DNA from: Thermoplasmata archaeon
GTDB lineage: Archaea > Thermoplasmatota > Thermoplasmata > Lutacidiplasmatales > UBA184
Direction of reading: 5' to 3'
Assembly: GCA_030039135.1 (NCBI GenBank)
Contig: JASHQN010000098.1
Span: 1-60,834, forward strand
DNA: 60,834 nt
Shown here: positions 36,906 through 46,957 of the stretch, piece after piece
Numbering within the stretch: position 1 is the stretch's first letter
How the letters are laid out: every line of letters starts with the position of its first letter
Position numbers and translations under genes: made by a program
Notes under the pieces: model-generated
Databases searched by the model: none
What the model was told of the DNA's origin: nothing
Seen by the model: the letters and a program-made list of their open reading frames with translations, nothing else

Positions 36906-37591
36906 TCAGGCTCGGGGGAAGGAGCGGCGTCGGCGTCCGAACCGGCCGCCGGCGGAACGTACTCGGTCCGGCGAAGGTACGCCGGCGGAACCTGGTCGAC
37001 CAGGAAGACCGTCTTGCCCGCCTGCATGATCACGATTCCGTCCGATCGGGCCTTCGAGGCGTCGATCTCGAGGATCACCGGCTGGGGAGTCCGGACGGCG
37101 CCGGCGGAGTGGGCGTCGTGCGCCGTTCTCGAGAGGTGCACCTTCCGTCGGTCGGACGGCTTGAGCCCGACCTCGAGGACGATCGCCGCCTCCTCCGGCG
37201 TCACCGGGTAGTACAGGTGTTCCGGGATGTTCTCGGTCGGTAGGTCGAGGTCGACCTCGACCGTGTGGGCGTAGGTGGCCCGGATGCGGTCGTCGCGGAC
37301 CTCGTAGCGACCCTTCGGGTCGGTCTCGGCGATCGCGACGAGATGGACCACGCGCAACCAGTGGTACGCCGGGTGCTTCTGGGAGATCGCCCGGACGATC
37401 TGGGCGAGGGGGATCCAGCCGCGAGGGTCGATCGTGAGCCCGTAGCGGTCGGGGAAGTGTCGGAGGATCCCGGTCAGGATGCGGCCGAGGTGATCGAGCT
37501 CCCGATCGTTCATCAGGAACTTGCCCGGCTGCTGGCAGACCGGGCACGCCTCAGCCCGGAAGAACCCGTGCTGGGCGCACTCCTTCAGCAT
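36902..37591 (-). CDS. kptA: RNA 2'-phosphotransferase (Tpt1/KptA)
   Basis: ILRHFP, D.KGRYE, IRATYAHT, GLKP..R..VHLS, VPP.YL. Confidence 0.92.
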   Translation of the reverse strand: MLKECAQHGFFRAEACPVCQQPGKFLMNDRELDHLGRILTGILRHFPDRYGLTIDPRGWIPLAQIVRAISQKHPAYHWLRVVHLVAIAETDPKGRYEVRDDRIRATYAHTVEVDLDLPTENIPEHLYYPVTPEEAAIVLEVGLKPSDRRKVHLSRTAHDAHSAGAVRTPQPVILEIDASKARSDGIVIMQAGKTVFLVDQVPPAYLRRTEYVPPAAGSDADAAPSPEPD

Positions 37592-37607
37592 CGAGATGGC
37601 GTCCTCG

Positions 37608-37895
37608 CTACGCCTTGATCTTATCGGCCTTCTTGTCGAAGTCGGTGAGCAGGTCACCGTAGAGGTCGGCGAGGTCCTTGAGCACCCGCTTCAGGACCTG
37701 CTGGGGCTTCTCGCCCTTGGTCCGAACGAGCAGCGTCGGCCGCTCGAGGTACGGATGCCCGAGGTAGTAACGGGCTTCGACGACCTTCTCCTCCCTCTGG
37801 AGCGCCTCGACCAGCGGGATCAAGAGAGTCTCCTCGCCGCGCGGCAGCTCGACCCGCAGTAGGTCACTCGACTTCTCGACGACTCGGATCTCCAT
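37608..37895 (-). CDS. rpoL: DNA-directed RNA polymerase subunit L (Rpo11)
   Basis: MEIRVVEKS..., ETLL..L...L, A.Y..GHP; 95 aa. Confidence 0.82.
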   Translation of the reverse strand: MEIRVVEKSSDLLRVELPRGEETLLIPLVEALQREEKVVEARYYLGHPYLERPTLLVRTKGEKPQQVLKRVLKDLADLYGDLLTDFDKKADKIKA

Positions 37896-38027
37896 CGAAG
37901 GGACCGGGAGTCGGGCCACCGATGGTCGGTTCATAACTATAGCGGGCGGCGCGCCCGCATCGGCGGCGGCGCGCGGGGTCGGGTCCGACGCGGATATAAC
38001 TCTCGCCGCCTCCTCGGCCCGAGCCGA

Positions 38028-39434
38028 ATGAAGTTCCTCGTCGTCGGGGGCGGCGCTCGCGAGCACGCGATCGCGCTGGCCCTCGAGCGCGCGGAGGCAA
38101 AGCTCGTCGTCGCGAGCAGCAACGCGAACCCGGGGCTCGAGCGGATCGCGAGCGCGAGCCGTCGGATCGACCCTACCGACGTCGCCCGCGTCGTCGCGTT
38201 CGCGCGGTCCGAGCGGGTCGGCGCGGCGGTGATCGGACCAGAGGCCCCGCTCGCCGCGGGACTCGCGGACGCGCTGCGCGCCGCGGACGTTCCCACCGTG
38301 GGGCCGTCGAAGGAAGGGGCCCAGATCGAGACCTCGAAGTTGTTCTGCCGCGAGCTGCTGCGCCGCCACGCGATCGACGCGACCCCGCAGTGGGCCGCAC
38401 CCGCGACGGTCGAAGCCGTCGATCGAGCCGTCGCCGAATTCCCCGGCCCGTTCGTCGTGAAGCCGAGCGGGCTCACGGGCGGCAAGGGGGTCTGGGTGCA
38501 GGGCGCTGATTTCACGGAGGCTCGGGAAGGGGGCGCGTATGCGAAATCGCTGCTCCTCCAGGGCGGCCGCGTGCTCCTGGAAGAACGCCTTGACGGCGAG
38601 GAGTTCAGCCAGATGGCGTTCGTGACCGACAGCGGCGTCTACCCGATGCCCGCGGTGCAGGATTTCAAGCGAGCGCTCGAGGGCGACCAGGGATCCAACA
38701 CCGGAGGCATGGGATCGTACTCGCAACGCGACCACCTCCTTCCGTTCTTGCCCGCCGCCGACCGCGAGCGGGCGCTCGAGGTACTGCGACGGACGGTCGA
38801 TGCCCTGCGCGCCGACGGCATCGCCTACCGGGGGATCCTCTACGGCGGGTTCATGCTGACCCGGCGCGGTCCGGTGCTGCTCGAGTTCAACGCGCGGTTC
38901 GGCGACCCCGAGGGGATCAACGCCCTCGCCCTCTACGAGGAAGGGGACTTCGCCGAGCTGTTGGTCGGGGTCGCGACCGGCCGCGTCGATCCGAACCTCG
39001 TCCGGTTCCGACTGCGCTCGACCGTGGTCAAGTACCTCGTTCCGCCCGGTTACGGCGAGCGGCCGAAGCCCGGCGGGCTCCTCGAGATCGACGGCCCCGC
39101 GATCGAGGCCGACGGCGTCCACGTCGTCTACGGGTCGGTCGATGCGGCGGGACCGGGCACCGTGCGGCTCACCTCCTCGCGCGGCGTCGCGCTGGTCGGG
39201 GAGGCCAGCGCGATCCACGAGGCCGCGACGCGGGTGGAGACCGCGCTGCGGAATGTGCGGGGCGAGTACTACCTTCGGCACGACATCGGGACCAAGGAGG
39301 ATCTCGCCCGGCGCGTCGAACACATGCGCCAGATCCTCTCCCCCGGCGCAAAGCCGTCCCCCCTCCCGCTCAGCGTCGCCGCGCCGGACGCGCCCCCCTC
39401 GAGCTCGGCCGGCCCCGACCAACGGAGCGGCTGA
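38028..39434 (+). CDS. purD: Phosphoribosylamine-glycine ligase
   Basis: VVGGGAREHA, IGPEAPL, QDFKR..GDQG.NTGGMG, EFNARFGDPE. Confidence 0.96.
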   Translation: MKFLVVGGGAREHAIALALERAEAKLVVASSNANPGLERIASASRRIDPTDVARVVAFARSERVGAAVIGPEAPLAAGLADALRAADVPTVGPSKEGAQIETSKLFCRELLRRHAIDATPQWAAPATVEAVDRAVAEFPGPFVVKPSGLTGGKGVWVQGADFTEAREGGAYAKSLLLQGGRVLLEERLDGEEFSQMAFVTDSGVYPMPAVQDFKRALEGDQGSNTGGMGSYSQRDHLLPFLPAADRERALEVLRRTVDALRADGIAYRGILYGGFMLTRRGPVLLEFNARFGDPEGINALALYEEGDFAELLVGVATGRVDPNLVRFRLRSTVVKYLVPPGYGERPKPGGLLEIDGPAIEADGVHVVYGSVDAAGPGTVRLTSSRGVALVGEASAIHEAATRVETALRNVRGEYYLRHDIGTKEDLARRVEHMRQILSPGAKPSPLPLSVAAPDAPPSSSAGPDQRSG

Positions 39435-39490
39435 CGGGCTCGCCGCCGGTCCCGCTTAAATACCCCTCGCCGGCTGTTCACGACCCAACG

Positions 39491-39799
39491 ATGTTCTGCC
39501 CGAACTGCAAGCGGCTCATGCGACCCGACCGGGCCGGCGGGGTCTGGAAGTGCTCGGCGTGTGGGACGAAGGTCCCGCTCGGCCGCGGGGTCGAGGTCGG
39601 CCGCTCGACGCCCGAGGGACGCGAGGTCGCGGTCGTCGAGACGCGGTCCGTGACGCTGCCGACCGCCGAAGAGCTGTGCCCGAAGTGCGGCAACACCCGC
39701 GCGTACTGGGTGCTGCGGCAGACCCGGGGATCCGACGAGCCTGAGACCCGGATCTTCGAATGCACGAAATGCGGGCACAAGTGGCGCGAATACCAATGA
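39491..39799 (+). CDS. tfs: Transcription factor S
   Basis: MFCPNC..C..C, CPKCG, QTRGSDEPET, CTKCGHKWRE; TTAAATA upstream. Confidence 0.93.
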   Translation: MFCPNCKRLMRPDRAGGVWKCSACGTKVPLGRGVEVGRSTPEGREVAVVETRSVTLPTAEELCPKCGNTRAYWVLRQTRGSDEPETRIFECTKCGHKWREYQ

Positions 39800-41100
39800 T
39801 CGCGGGGCCGTTCGGTGCCGTGGCCGACGTCTTCCGACCGGAGGCGATCGGACGGGCCGTGCGGATCCGGGGATGGGTGCTTCGCCTTCGCTCGTCGGGA
39901 GGGATCCTGTTCCTCGTCCTTCGCGACCGCACGGGTACGGCACAGGTGACCGGCCGCCGGGACGTCCTGGGTCCCGAACGGTTCGATGCCGTCGAGCACG
40001 TCCAGGTCGAGGGCGCGATCCAAGTCGAAGGCACAGTCGCCGACGATCCCCGAGCCCCTGGCGGTCGCGAGGTGCGCGCCAGGACGATCGAGATCGTCGA
40101 CGCGGGCGCGCCGTTCCCGATCTTCCAGGAGCAGACGGAGGAGTTCCGCCTCGACAAGCGTCACCTCGTCATCCGCTCGGCGGACCACGTCGCCACGTTT
40201 CGGGTCAAGGCGGAGCTACTGCGAGCGATCCGCGAGTTCCTTGCCACCGAGGAGGTCCTCGAGACGACGCCTCCGATCCTTACCGCGAACCCGGCGGAGG
40301 GCGGCGCCGAGGCGTTCGCGATCGACTATTTCGGACGCCCGGGCTACCTTTCGCAATCCGCTCAGCTGTACCTCGAGGCGATGATCGCGCCGCACGAGCG
40401 GGTCTACGCCCTCACCCCCTCGTTCCGGGCCGAGAAGTCCCGGACTCCGCGCCACCTTACCGAGTACCAGCACCTCGAGGTCGAGCTCGCGTGGTCGGAC
40501 CTCGATGGGTTGATGGATTTCGTCGAGCGAATGATCCTCGCGGCCTGCCACGCCGTCGCCGAACGACGGCCGGCCGAGCTGACCGCCCTCGGCCGGCCAC
40601 CGCAGGAACTTCTCGGTCTGCACGGGCCGTTCCCCCGGGTCCCGTACCTCGAAGCGATCGGTCGGCTCCAGCGCGCGGGGCTCCCCGTCACGTGGGGGAG
40701 CGATATCGCGACCGCCGAGGAACGCGCGCTCACGCTCGAGGAGCGCGAGCCGATCTTCATCACGCGCTTTCCGCGCGAGCTCAAGGCGTTCTACATGCTC
40801 CGGACCCCGGGCGATCCGCGCACGGTGGAAGCGGCGGACCTTCTCGCGCCGGAGGGCTACGGCGAGATCGTCGGCGCATCGTGCCGTGAGACCGACGTCG
40901 ACGCGCTCATCGAGCGACTTCGTGCGAGCGGCGCGAATCTCGCCGATTACGAATGGTACCTCGATCTGCGACGTCACGGGAACGTGCCGCACGCCGGATT
41001 CGGCCTCGGCGTCGAGCGGCTGCTGCGATGGATGCTTCGCCGCGAGCACATTCGCGACACGACCCCGTTTCCGCGCACCCCGTCGCGTCACACGCCCTGA
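39796..41100 (+). CDS. asnS: Asparaginyl-tRNA synthetase
   Basis: OB domain, LSQSAQLYLE, FRAEKSRTPRHLTEY, YGEIVGAS.RE, PHAGFGLGVER. Confidence 0.9.
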   Translation: MIAGPFGAVADVFRPEAIGRAVRIRGWVLRLRSSGGILFLVLRDRTGTAQVTGRRDVLGPERFDAVEHVQVEGAIQVEGTVADDPRAPGGREVRARTIEIVDAGAPFPIFQEQTEEFRLDKRHLVIRSADHVATFRVKAELLRAIREFLATEEVLETTPPILTANPAEGGAEAFAIDYFGRPGYLSQSAQLYLEAMIAPHERVYALTPSFRAEKSRTPRHLTEYQHLEVELAWSDLDGLMDFVERMILAACHAVAERRPAELTALGRPPQELLGLHGPFPRVPYLEAIGRLQRAGLPVTWGSDIATAEERALTLEEREPIFITRFPRELKAFYMLRTPGDPRTVEAADLLAPEGYGEIVGASCRETDVDALIERLRASGANLADYEWYLDLRRHGNVPHAGFGLGVERLLRWMLRREHIRDTTPFPRTPSRHTP

Positions 41101-41152
41101 TCGTCGCGCCCGGCGCTCGCCGCGGGAGCAAGGTTCAAGTGCGCGGGCGACC

Positions 41153-41728
41153 GTGAGCGCGCCACGGCCCGTCACCGGAGTTCGTAGCTTGGGCGCGCAG
41201 CACGGTCCGGACCGGGAAGGGGAGCGGGCGCCCGCGCCCGGCGCGAAGCCGCCGGAAGCCGCGCCGCTCGTCGAACGCGTCACCCACCACGATGTGCCCG
41301 AGATCTGCGCGCTCTACAAGCGGGTCTGGGATACGCCGCCCGCACCGGGGACCCCGGCCGAGCTACTGAAGTCCTGGCAGCCGACCCCGCTCGAGTTCAC
41401 GAGCTGGATGGAGGGCGTGACGTACTTCGCGGCCCGACGCGGAGGCCGTCTGGTCGGCGTGATCGGCTGCGAGGTCGACCACGGCAGCTGTCGCCTCGTG
41501 AACCTTGCCGTCGACGCCGAGGCCCGTCGCCAGGGGATCGCGACCGCGCTCGTCGCGGCCGGCGTCGAGTGGGGCCGGCATGCGAACGCCGCCGAGGTCT
41601 GGGCCGAGGCCCTCGCGCGGTTCACGGCCGTCGCCGAACTGTTCAAGCACCTCGAGTTCACCGAGTGCGGTTTCCTTCGCCGCCACGACTGGGGCGAGGA
41701 CGTCCGGCTCTTCGAGCGGTTGCTCTAG
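41153..41728 (+). CDS. GNAT-family acetyltransferase
   Basis: LAVDAEARRQGIATALV motif A; start approximate. Confidence 0.82.
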   Translation: MSAPRPVTGVRSLGAQHGPDREGERAPAPGAKPPEAAPLVERVTHHDVPEICALYKRVWDTPPAPGTPAELLKSWQPTPLEFTSWMEGVTYFAARRGGRLVGVIGCEVDHGSCRLVNLAVDAEARRQGIATALVAAGVEWGRHANAAEVWAEALARFTAVAELFKHLEFTECGFLRRHDWGEDVRLFERLL

Positions 41729-42765
41729 CGGCGGGCCGCGGGGGAACGTGCCGACCGGCCGGGCGGCATCCCGTGCGACTGCTGCAGCGCCCGCAGGCGG
41801 CGGAGCCCCTCTTCGGGATGGCCGCGGAAGAACTCGCGAGCCCCTCGGGCGAGCTCGGTCGCCTCGAGCTCCGTCGCGACGCCGTGCGTCCGTTCCTCGA
41901 GCAGAAAGTCCCCGTAGTCCGAGATGTAGCGCGGAAGGCTGGCCTTGAGCCGGTTCACCGCCTGCAGGCGCAGTCCCCGGATTTGCTGCTTCAGGGGGGC
42001 GAGTTTCCCGGCGCGTAGCTCGCTCTCGAGGTCGTTCGCCGCCACGATCGGGTCCTGGGGTGGGTCGATCCCGAGCGCCTGCATGTCCTTCAGCAGGGCG
42101 ACGATCCGTTCGAGCTCCTCGCGGGCCTGATCGAGATGGCGCTCCTTGAGCGCGACCACGCGGTCGACCTGCTGGAAAGTGGCGAGCGCCTGCGCGATGT
42201 CGCCGGTCCGTGCCGCATGGAGGGTATCCTCGATCTGGTCGCGCTCGAGACGGCTGTCGACGGCGTACGCCTCCAGCCGCGTGAGGCGGGCTTTCGTGCG
42301 ACGTTCCCACTCCTCGAACGCCTCCACGATGCGTCGCTGAGCGATCCGCTCGATCCCGCGGACGGCCTCCGCCCACGGCTCCGGGTTGCCGCTCGTCCGG
42401 GCCGCCTCCTCCGCCCACGCGGGTAAGCGAGGGATCGTGACGCCGAGCGACTCGGCGCTCTCGCTCCATTGCGCCACCCGGGCGAGCCGTCGGGTCAGCT
42501 CAGCGGCGAACGGGCTCGGGGCCGGGGGCGATCCCCGCCGGAGCCTCGCACGGGTCGTCGGACCGGGGGGCCCGGTCCGCAACGGGGCGGCGGGCGCCCC
42601 GGTCGGATTGACCGGTGCGTTCCCTTCGCGGGGACGCGGCGGCGACGTCGCCGGGCCGGTCGACGTCGAGGCGGCCTCGACCGGCGTATGGCAGACCGGG
42701 CAGACCAGCATCTCGGCCTCGAGCGGTTCGCCGCAGTGCACGCAGACAGGCGCGGGGTCGGGCAT
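41725..42765 (-). CDS. Hypothetical protein: zinc ribbon, Pro-rich linker, helical region
   Basis: CVHCG...CPVCH; GAGG RBS before ATG 42765; long charged helical C-terminus. Confidence 0.72.
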   Translation of the reverse strand: MPDPAPVCVHCGEPLEAEMLVCPVCHTPVEAASTSTGPATSPPRPREGNAPVNPTGAPAAPLRTGPPGPTTRARLRRGSPPAPSPFAAELTRRLARVAQWSESAESLGVTIPRLPAWAEEAARTSGNPEPWAEAVRGIERIAQRRIVEAFEEWERRTKARLTRLEAYAVDSRLERDQIEDTLHAARTGDIAQALATFQQVDRVVALKERHLDQAREELERIVALLKDMQALGIDPPQDPIVAANDLESELRAGKLAPLKQQIRGLRLQAVNRLKASLPRYISDYGDFLLEERTHGVATELEATELARGAREFFRGHPEEGLRRLRALQQSHGMPPGRSARSPAARR

Positions 42766-42782
42766 CGTCCTCTCGCTAGGTA

Positions 42783-42867
42783 TGCAGGGGGTGAGATTTG
42801 AACTCACGAACTCCTACGAGACCAGGACCTCAACCTGGCGCCTTTGACCAAGCTGGGCCACCCCTGC
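42783..42867 (-). tRNA. tRNA-Leu(GAG)
   Basis: GCAGGGG acceptor stem, CCAGG-TTGAGGT-CCTGG anticodon arm, long variable arm, GTTCAAATC T-loop, 85 nt. Confidence 0.96.
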
Positions 42868-42989
42868 ACGGCCCACCGCGCGTACGGTGCGGGCGCGATA
42901 ACCTTTGCGAACGCGTTCCCTCGCCGAAAGAACGCACGGTCGACGGCGGGCAAAACGCCTTTCTACCAAGGCGCCGTCGCCGCCCGCCC

Positions 42990-43364
42990 ATGGCTGAACC
43001 GGCTCGGGAGGGGCCCGAAGCAGCCGGTGCCACGGTCTTCATCGGCCTCAAGCCGACGATGACGTACGTCTTCCAGGTCGTCTCTCAGCTCCACTCGGGG
43101 GCGGGGCCGGTCGTCGTGAAGGCCCGCGGCCACGCGATCGCGAAGGCGGTCGACGTCGTCGAGGTGGTCCGCCGTCGATTCCTCGAGGGCCAGGTCGAGG
43201 TCGGGCGGATCCTCATCGCGACCGAGCGCCTCGTCAACAAGGACGGCCGGGACGCGAACGTCTCGTCGATCGCGATCCCGCTCACCCGGGTGGGGGGACC
43301 GCCGGCGCCGTCGGGACCGTCGGCGTCGGGGACGGCGGGGCCCGCACGGCGAGGACCGGGGTAG
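42990..43364 (+). CDS. albA: DNA/RNA-binding protein Alba
   Basis: VFIGLKP.M.YV, VVKARG.AI.KAVDVVE, NVSSIAI. Confidence 0.93.
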   Translation: MAEPAREGPEAAGATVFIGLKPTMTYVFQVVSQLHSGAGPVVVKARGHAIAKAVDVVEVVRRRFLEGQVEVGRILIATERLVNKDGRDANVSSIAIPLTRVGGPPAPSGPSASGTAGPARRGPG

Positions 43365-45114
43365 CCGCTCGGACGACCCAGGTACCGGCCACGAGGTCGC
43401 CGAACCGCTGGCGCTCGGGGGTCACCGCGATCAGCGCCACCGCGATCAGGCCGAGCAACCCCACGCCGCCGAGGACGAACCCGAAGATCGCGAGGAACTC
43501 GAAGAAACCGGCCGATAGCGGGATCCCGCCCAGCAGAGCGAGGGTCGCCCCGCCCGACTTGAGCAAGACGAGCACCCCAACCGCGAGCCCGAGCCCGACG
43601 AGCGTTAGGGTCGGGAGCTTCGAGGCGTTCCGCACGAGGCTCGATAGAAACGTCGGCCGGGCGAGGTGCCGGTCGCGCACGGAGAGGCCGAGGAGCCGCT
43701 TGCCGACCGTCGCCCCGCCCAGAGTCTCGGTCAGCGCGAAGTACAGGAAGGCGAGCGCGGCGTAGCCGTAGATCGCGGCGTTGAAGCCGATGTTCGCGGC
43801 CACGGTGTCGAGGGAGCCCGGTATCGCGAGCACGAGCGCTGCCCAGAGGGCCACCGCGGGAGCGGTGACCGCCGCGAGGTCGATGCCGAAGGCGGCGATC
43901 CGAGCGTTGACGGATCCGAAGCGGCGCAGCCCCAGCTCCCGACCGATCAGGACGAGCCACCGGGCCGTGAGGTAGGCGCGGAACCCTTCCTTCCCGTCGG
44001 ACGGTCCCCAGCGGGCCGCCGAGTCGAGGTTCGCTTGGTCGCTGACGACCCATCCCGGAACTGGGAGACCCTGCCAGGGCCGATCGGGCGACGCTTCGGG
44101 CAGTCCAAGAAGATGATGCGCCTGCGCCGCAGCCTCGCGGCCGGCGGCGGCCGACCCCGCGATGGCCATCGGGATCTCCCCACCGACGCCGGCGCGGTAC
44201 GCTCCCGCGAGACGGCCGACCGGTGTCGGGGCCACCTCGGGGGCCGGGCCGGCGAGAACGTGGTCGCGGCCGACGAGGCGGTGGGCGACGTACGCGCTCC
44301 CAAACGCCAGCAGACCCGATAGGTAGACGAGATCGAAAATCCCGGCGCCTCCGATCGCGTAGAGCCCCGCTGGCCCGCTCCCGTAGAGCGGGGGCTGTCG
44401 GAGCACATCGGCTCCGACCAGTACCCCCACGGTCGCGGCGAGGTACGCCGACGGAAGCGCGAGCGCCTCGAAGCCGCGGAACGCGGGACCGGCGATCGCG
44501 ACCGCGATGAGCCCGACCATGATCGGGCCGAGAAGGTACGCGGGAAACCCTTCCTCGATCCCGACCCCGGGAATGGCCATCGACGAGGCAAACGTCACGA
44601 CCGTCACTCCGGATGCGAGACCCAGGAGGACCGAGATACGGCCCAGGCCGACCTCAGCACGCCCGATCGAGACGAGGGCGACGACCGTCGGAACCGCCGC
44701 CGCGACGCCGACAACCGCGAGGAGCTGGGGCACGGGGGCGCGAATCGCGATGACGACCAGAAGGAGGACGGCGGTCTCCACGACCAGACAAAGGACGAAC
44801 GTCGGGATCCCCCGGCGGCCGGGAGGGGCGATGCGGGCGAGAACCAGGCCGACCACGAGGAGCGGGAAGAGCGCCCCGGCGAAGCTGATCGAGAGCCAGT
44901 CGTTCGAGATCGGAGCGATCGGCAGGAGCACGAGGGTCGCGAGGAGCGCTCCGGGAACCAGGAGCCAGAACGTCCGTCGACCGAGCCCGAGGCTTTCGGC
45001 AAACGGTCCGTGCTCCCACGCCACGAGGTAGAGGAGCGCCCAGAGCGCGACCGGCAGCGCGAGCAACGCCACGGTCCCGAGGATGTCGTTGGCGAGGTCG
45101 AGCGGATCGATCAC
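43282..45114 (-). CDS. Membrane protein, DUF1614-like domain fused to RDD domain
   Basis: GVLVGADVL..IGGAGIFD (DUF1614-like); RIAAFGID, TVGKRLLGL, QRFGDLVAGTWVV (RDD). Confidence 0.78.
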   Translation of the reverse strand: MIDPLDLANDILGTVALLALPVALWALLYLVAWEHGPFAESLGLGRRTFWLLVPGALLATLVLLPIAPISNDWLSISFAGALFPLLVVGLVLARIAPPGRRGIPTFVLCLVVETAVLLLVVIAIRAPVPQLLAVVGVAAAVPTVVALVSIGRAEVGLGRISVLLGLASGVTVVTFASSMAIPGVGIEEGFPAYLLGPIMVGLIAVAIAGPAFRGFEALALPSAYLAATVGVLVGADVLRQPPLYGSGPAGLYAIGGAGIFDLVYLSGLLAFGSAYVAHRLVGRDHVLAGPAPEVAPTPVGRLAGAYRAGVGGEIPMAIAGSAAAGREAAAQAHHLLGLPEASPDRPWQGLPVPGWVVSDQANLDSAARWGPSDGKEGFRAYLTARWLVLIGRELGLRRFGSVNARIAAFGIDLAAVTAPAVALWAALVLAIPGSLDTVAANIGFNAAIYGYAALAFLYFALTETLGGATVGKRLLGLSVRDRHLARPTFLSSLVRNASKLPTLTLVGLGLAVGVLVLLKSGGATLALLGGIPLSAGFFEFLAIFGFVLGGVGLLGLIAVALIAVTPERQRFGDLVAGTWVVRAATPVLAVRAPPSPTPTVPTAPAVPPPG

Positions 45115-45318
45115 GAAGCACCCCTCGAGCGCGGGCGGCGCGCGGAGAGGCGTCGCCGAGTAAATGATTTCGGTACCGTGTCGTCCCCGCCGCTACTCCC
45201 GGGCCGGTCGGCCCGCTCGTCCGTGCTACCGGTCGGCGGACGCGAAGGGTCGGCCACCGCCGCCCTCGGCGCGCCGGCAGCGTTAAGGGCCCAGCGCACC
45301 GTCCGCCGGGCGGGGTTC

Positions 45319-46074
45319 ATGCCCACGCTGGAAGAGGCCGCGGTCTCGCTCGGCAACCCGTCGTCGGAGGAGTTCCGCCGCGCGGCCGAAGTCCTCGAGA
45401 AGGTCGGGCTCACCCAGTACGAGGCGCGGGCCTACATCGCGCTCGTGGCGCGGGGCGTCGGGGACGCCGCGACGCTCGCTACCGCCGCCGGCATCCCCCG
45501 GACGAGCGCCTACAAGGTGCTCGAATCCCTCGCGGCGAAGGGGTACGCTCAGCCGACCGGAGGGAAACCCATCCTGTTCCGGCCGGCGCCCCCGTTGGAG
45601 GTTGCCGATCAGCTCAAGGGAGCGATCCAAGAGGTCTTCGAAAAGCTGGCGCACCTGCATCGGGCGGTCGCCGAGCACGGCGAGCCCCAGCTCGTCTACC
45701 TCCTCTCGGGCCACGACAAGGTCCTGCAGAAGATCGGGGAACTCCTTGACCAGTCGACGGAGACGTTCATCCTCACGACCCCTCAGGTCGCTGAATTGCG
45801 CGACGAGCTCGGCAAGAAGATCCAGCATGCGGTGAAGCGCGGGGTCCGCGTGACGTTCGTGACGGCGCCCCTCCAGCGCGTGCCCGACGGGGTCGAGTTC
45901 GTTCCGCGCGAGAACCTCCTCGCGACCGAGGTCCTCGCCGATGGGGCCCACGCGCTGCTGGCCGCCCCGGGCCTCGACGCATGTGGGTTCACCGACAACC
46001 CGATCCTCACGGCCCACCTCAAGCAGTTCCTCGAAGTGATCCTCGAGGCCGCGCCGCCGCACGCCGCCCCCTGA
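45319..46074 (+). CDS. TrmB-family transcriptional regulator
   Basis: GLTQYEARAYIAL, GIPRTSAYKVLESL..KG, P..F.P.PP. Confidence 0.9.
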   Translation: MPTLEEAAVSLGNPSSEEFRRAAEVLEKVGLTQYEARAYIALVARGVGDAATLATAAGIPRTSAYKVLESLAAKGYAQPTGGKPILFRPAPPLEVADQLKGAIQEVFEKLAHLHRAVAEHGEPQLVYLLSGHDKVLQKIGELLDQSTETFILTTPQVAELRDELGKKIQHAVKRGVRVTFVTAPLQRVPDGVEFVPRENLLATEVLADGAHALLAAPGLDACGFTDNPILTAHLKQFLEVILEAAPPHAAP

Positions 46075-46084
46075 CCGTGCGTCC

Positions 46085-46957
46085 ATGGCGGGGAACGGAA
46101 GACCCCATCGGCTCGCCCCCGCCGAGCGCGTACGCGCCCGCATCCGTCCGATCACCGGAGCCGCGCTCGCCGAGGCCATGCCGTCGGGGTACCAGCGACT
46201 CGGTCGCGTACTCTTGCTGCGGCTACCGGCGAGCTACCGTCCGTACTTCGGCCCGATCGGACGATCCTGGCAGGAGACGCTCGGCGTCGCCACGGTCCTG
46301 ACCCAGGTCGGGCCGGTCTCGGGCGAGCTCCGCACGCCGACCGTCGAGCGGATCGCCGGCTCGGAGACCGAGACGGAGGTGGTCGAGCACGGGATCCGCT
46401 GGCGGTTCGACGCGGCGCGCATCATGTTCGCGGCGGGGAACCGGACCGAGCGCGATCGCGTGCGGCACCTCGTACGCCCCGGCGAGCGCGTGGTGGACCT
46501 GTTCGCCGGGATCGGCTACTTCGCGATCCCTGCCGCGCGCTCCGGACCCGGAACCCGGGTCGTTGCCGTCGAGAAGAATCCGGTCGCGTTTCGGTATCTC
46601 GTGGGCAACGCTCGACGCAACCACGTCGCCGAGCAGGTCGACTGTCGGCTGGGGGAGAACCGTTCGGTCGCGCTCCCCTCGGGCGAGGCCGATCGAGTGT
46701 TCCTCGGGTACCTGCCCGACGCCACCCCGTGGGTCCCGCGCGCGCTCGAGCTCCTCTCGCCCGACGGCGGGTGGATCCACGTCCACACGGTCGCGGACGC
46801 CCGCGGGGCGCCCTCGAACGCCGTGGCCCCCGTGGCCTCCGCGCTCCGTGGCGCCGGGGCTCGCGCGACCGGTCCGCTGCGCGCGCGAAAGGTCAAACCG
46901 TACGGGCCCGGCCGGACGCACGTCGTCGTCGATGCACACGTCGTCCCGCGGGGCTAG
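46085..46957 (+). CDS. Trm5/Taw2 (TYW2)-family SAM-dependent tRNA modification enzyme
   Basis: GELRTP, EHGI...D...MF..GN..ER, VVDLFAGIGYF, EKNP, DRV.LG, VKPYGP. Confidence 0.85.
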   Translation: MAGNGRPHRLAPAERVRARIRPITGAALAEAMPSGYQRLGRVLLLRLPASYRPYFGPIGRSWQETLGVATVLTQVGPVSGELRTPTVERIAGSETETEVVEHGIRWRFDAARIMFAAGNRTERDRVRHLVRPGERVVDLFAGIGYFAIPAARSGPGTRVVAVEKNPVAFRYLVGNARRNHVAEQVDCRLGENRSVALPSGEADRVFLGYLPDATPWVPRALELLSPDGGWIHVHTVADARGAPSNAVAPVASALRGAGARATGPLRARKVKPYGPGRTHVVVDAHVVPRG

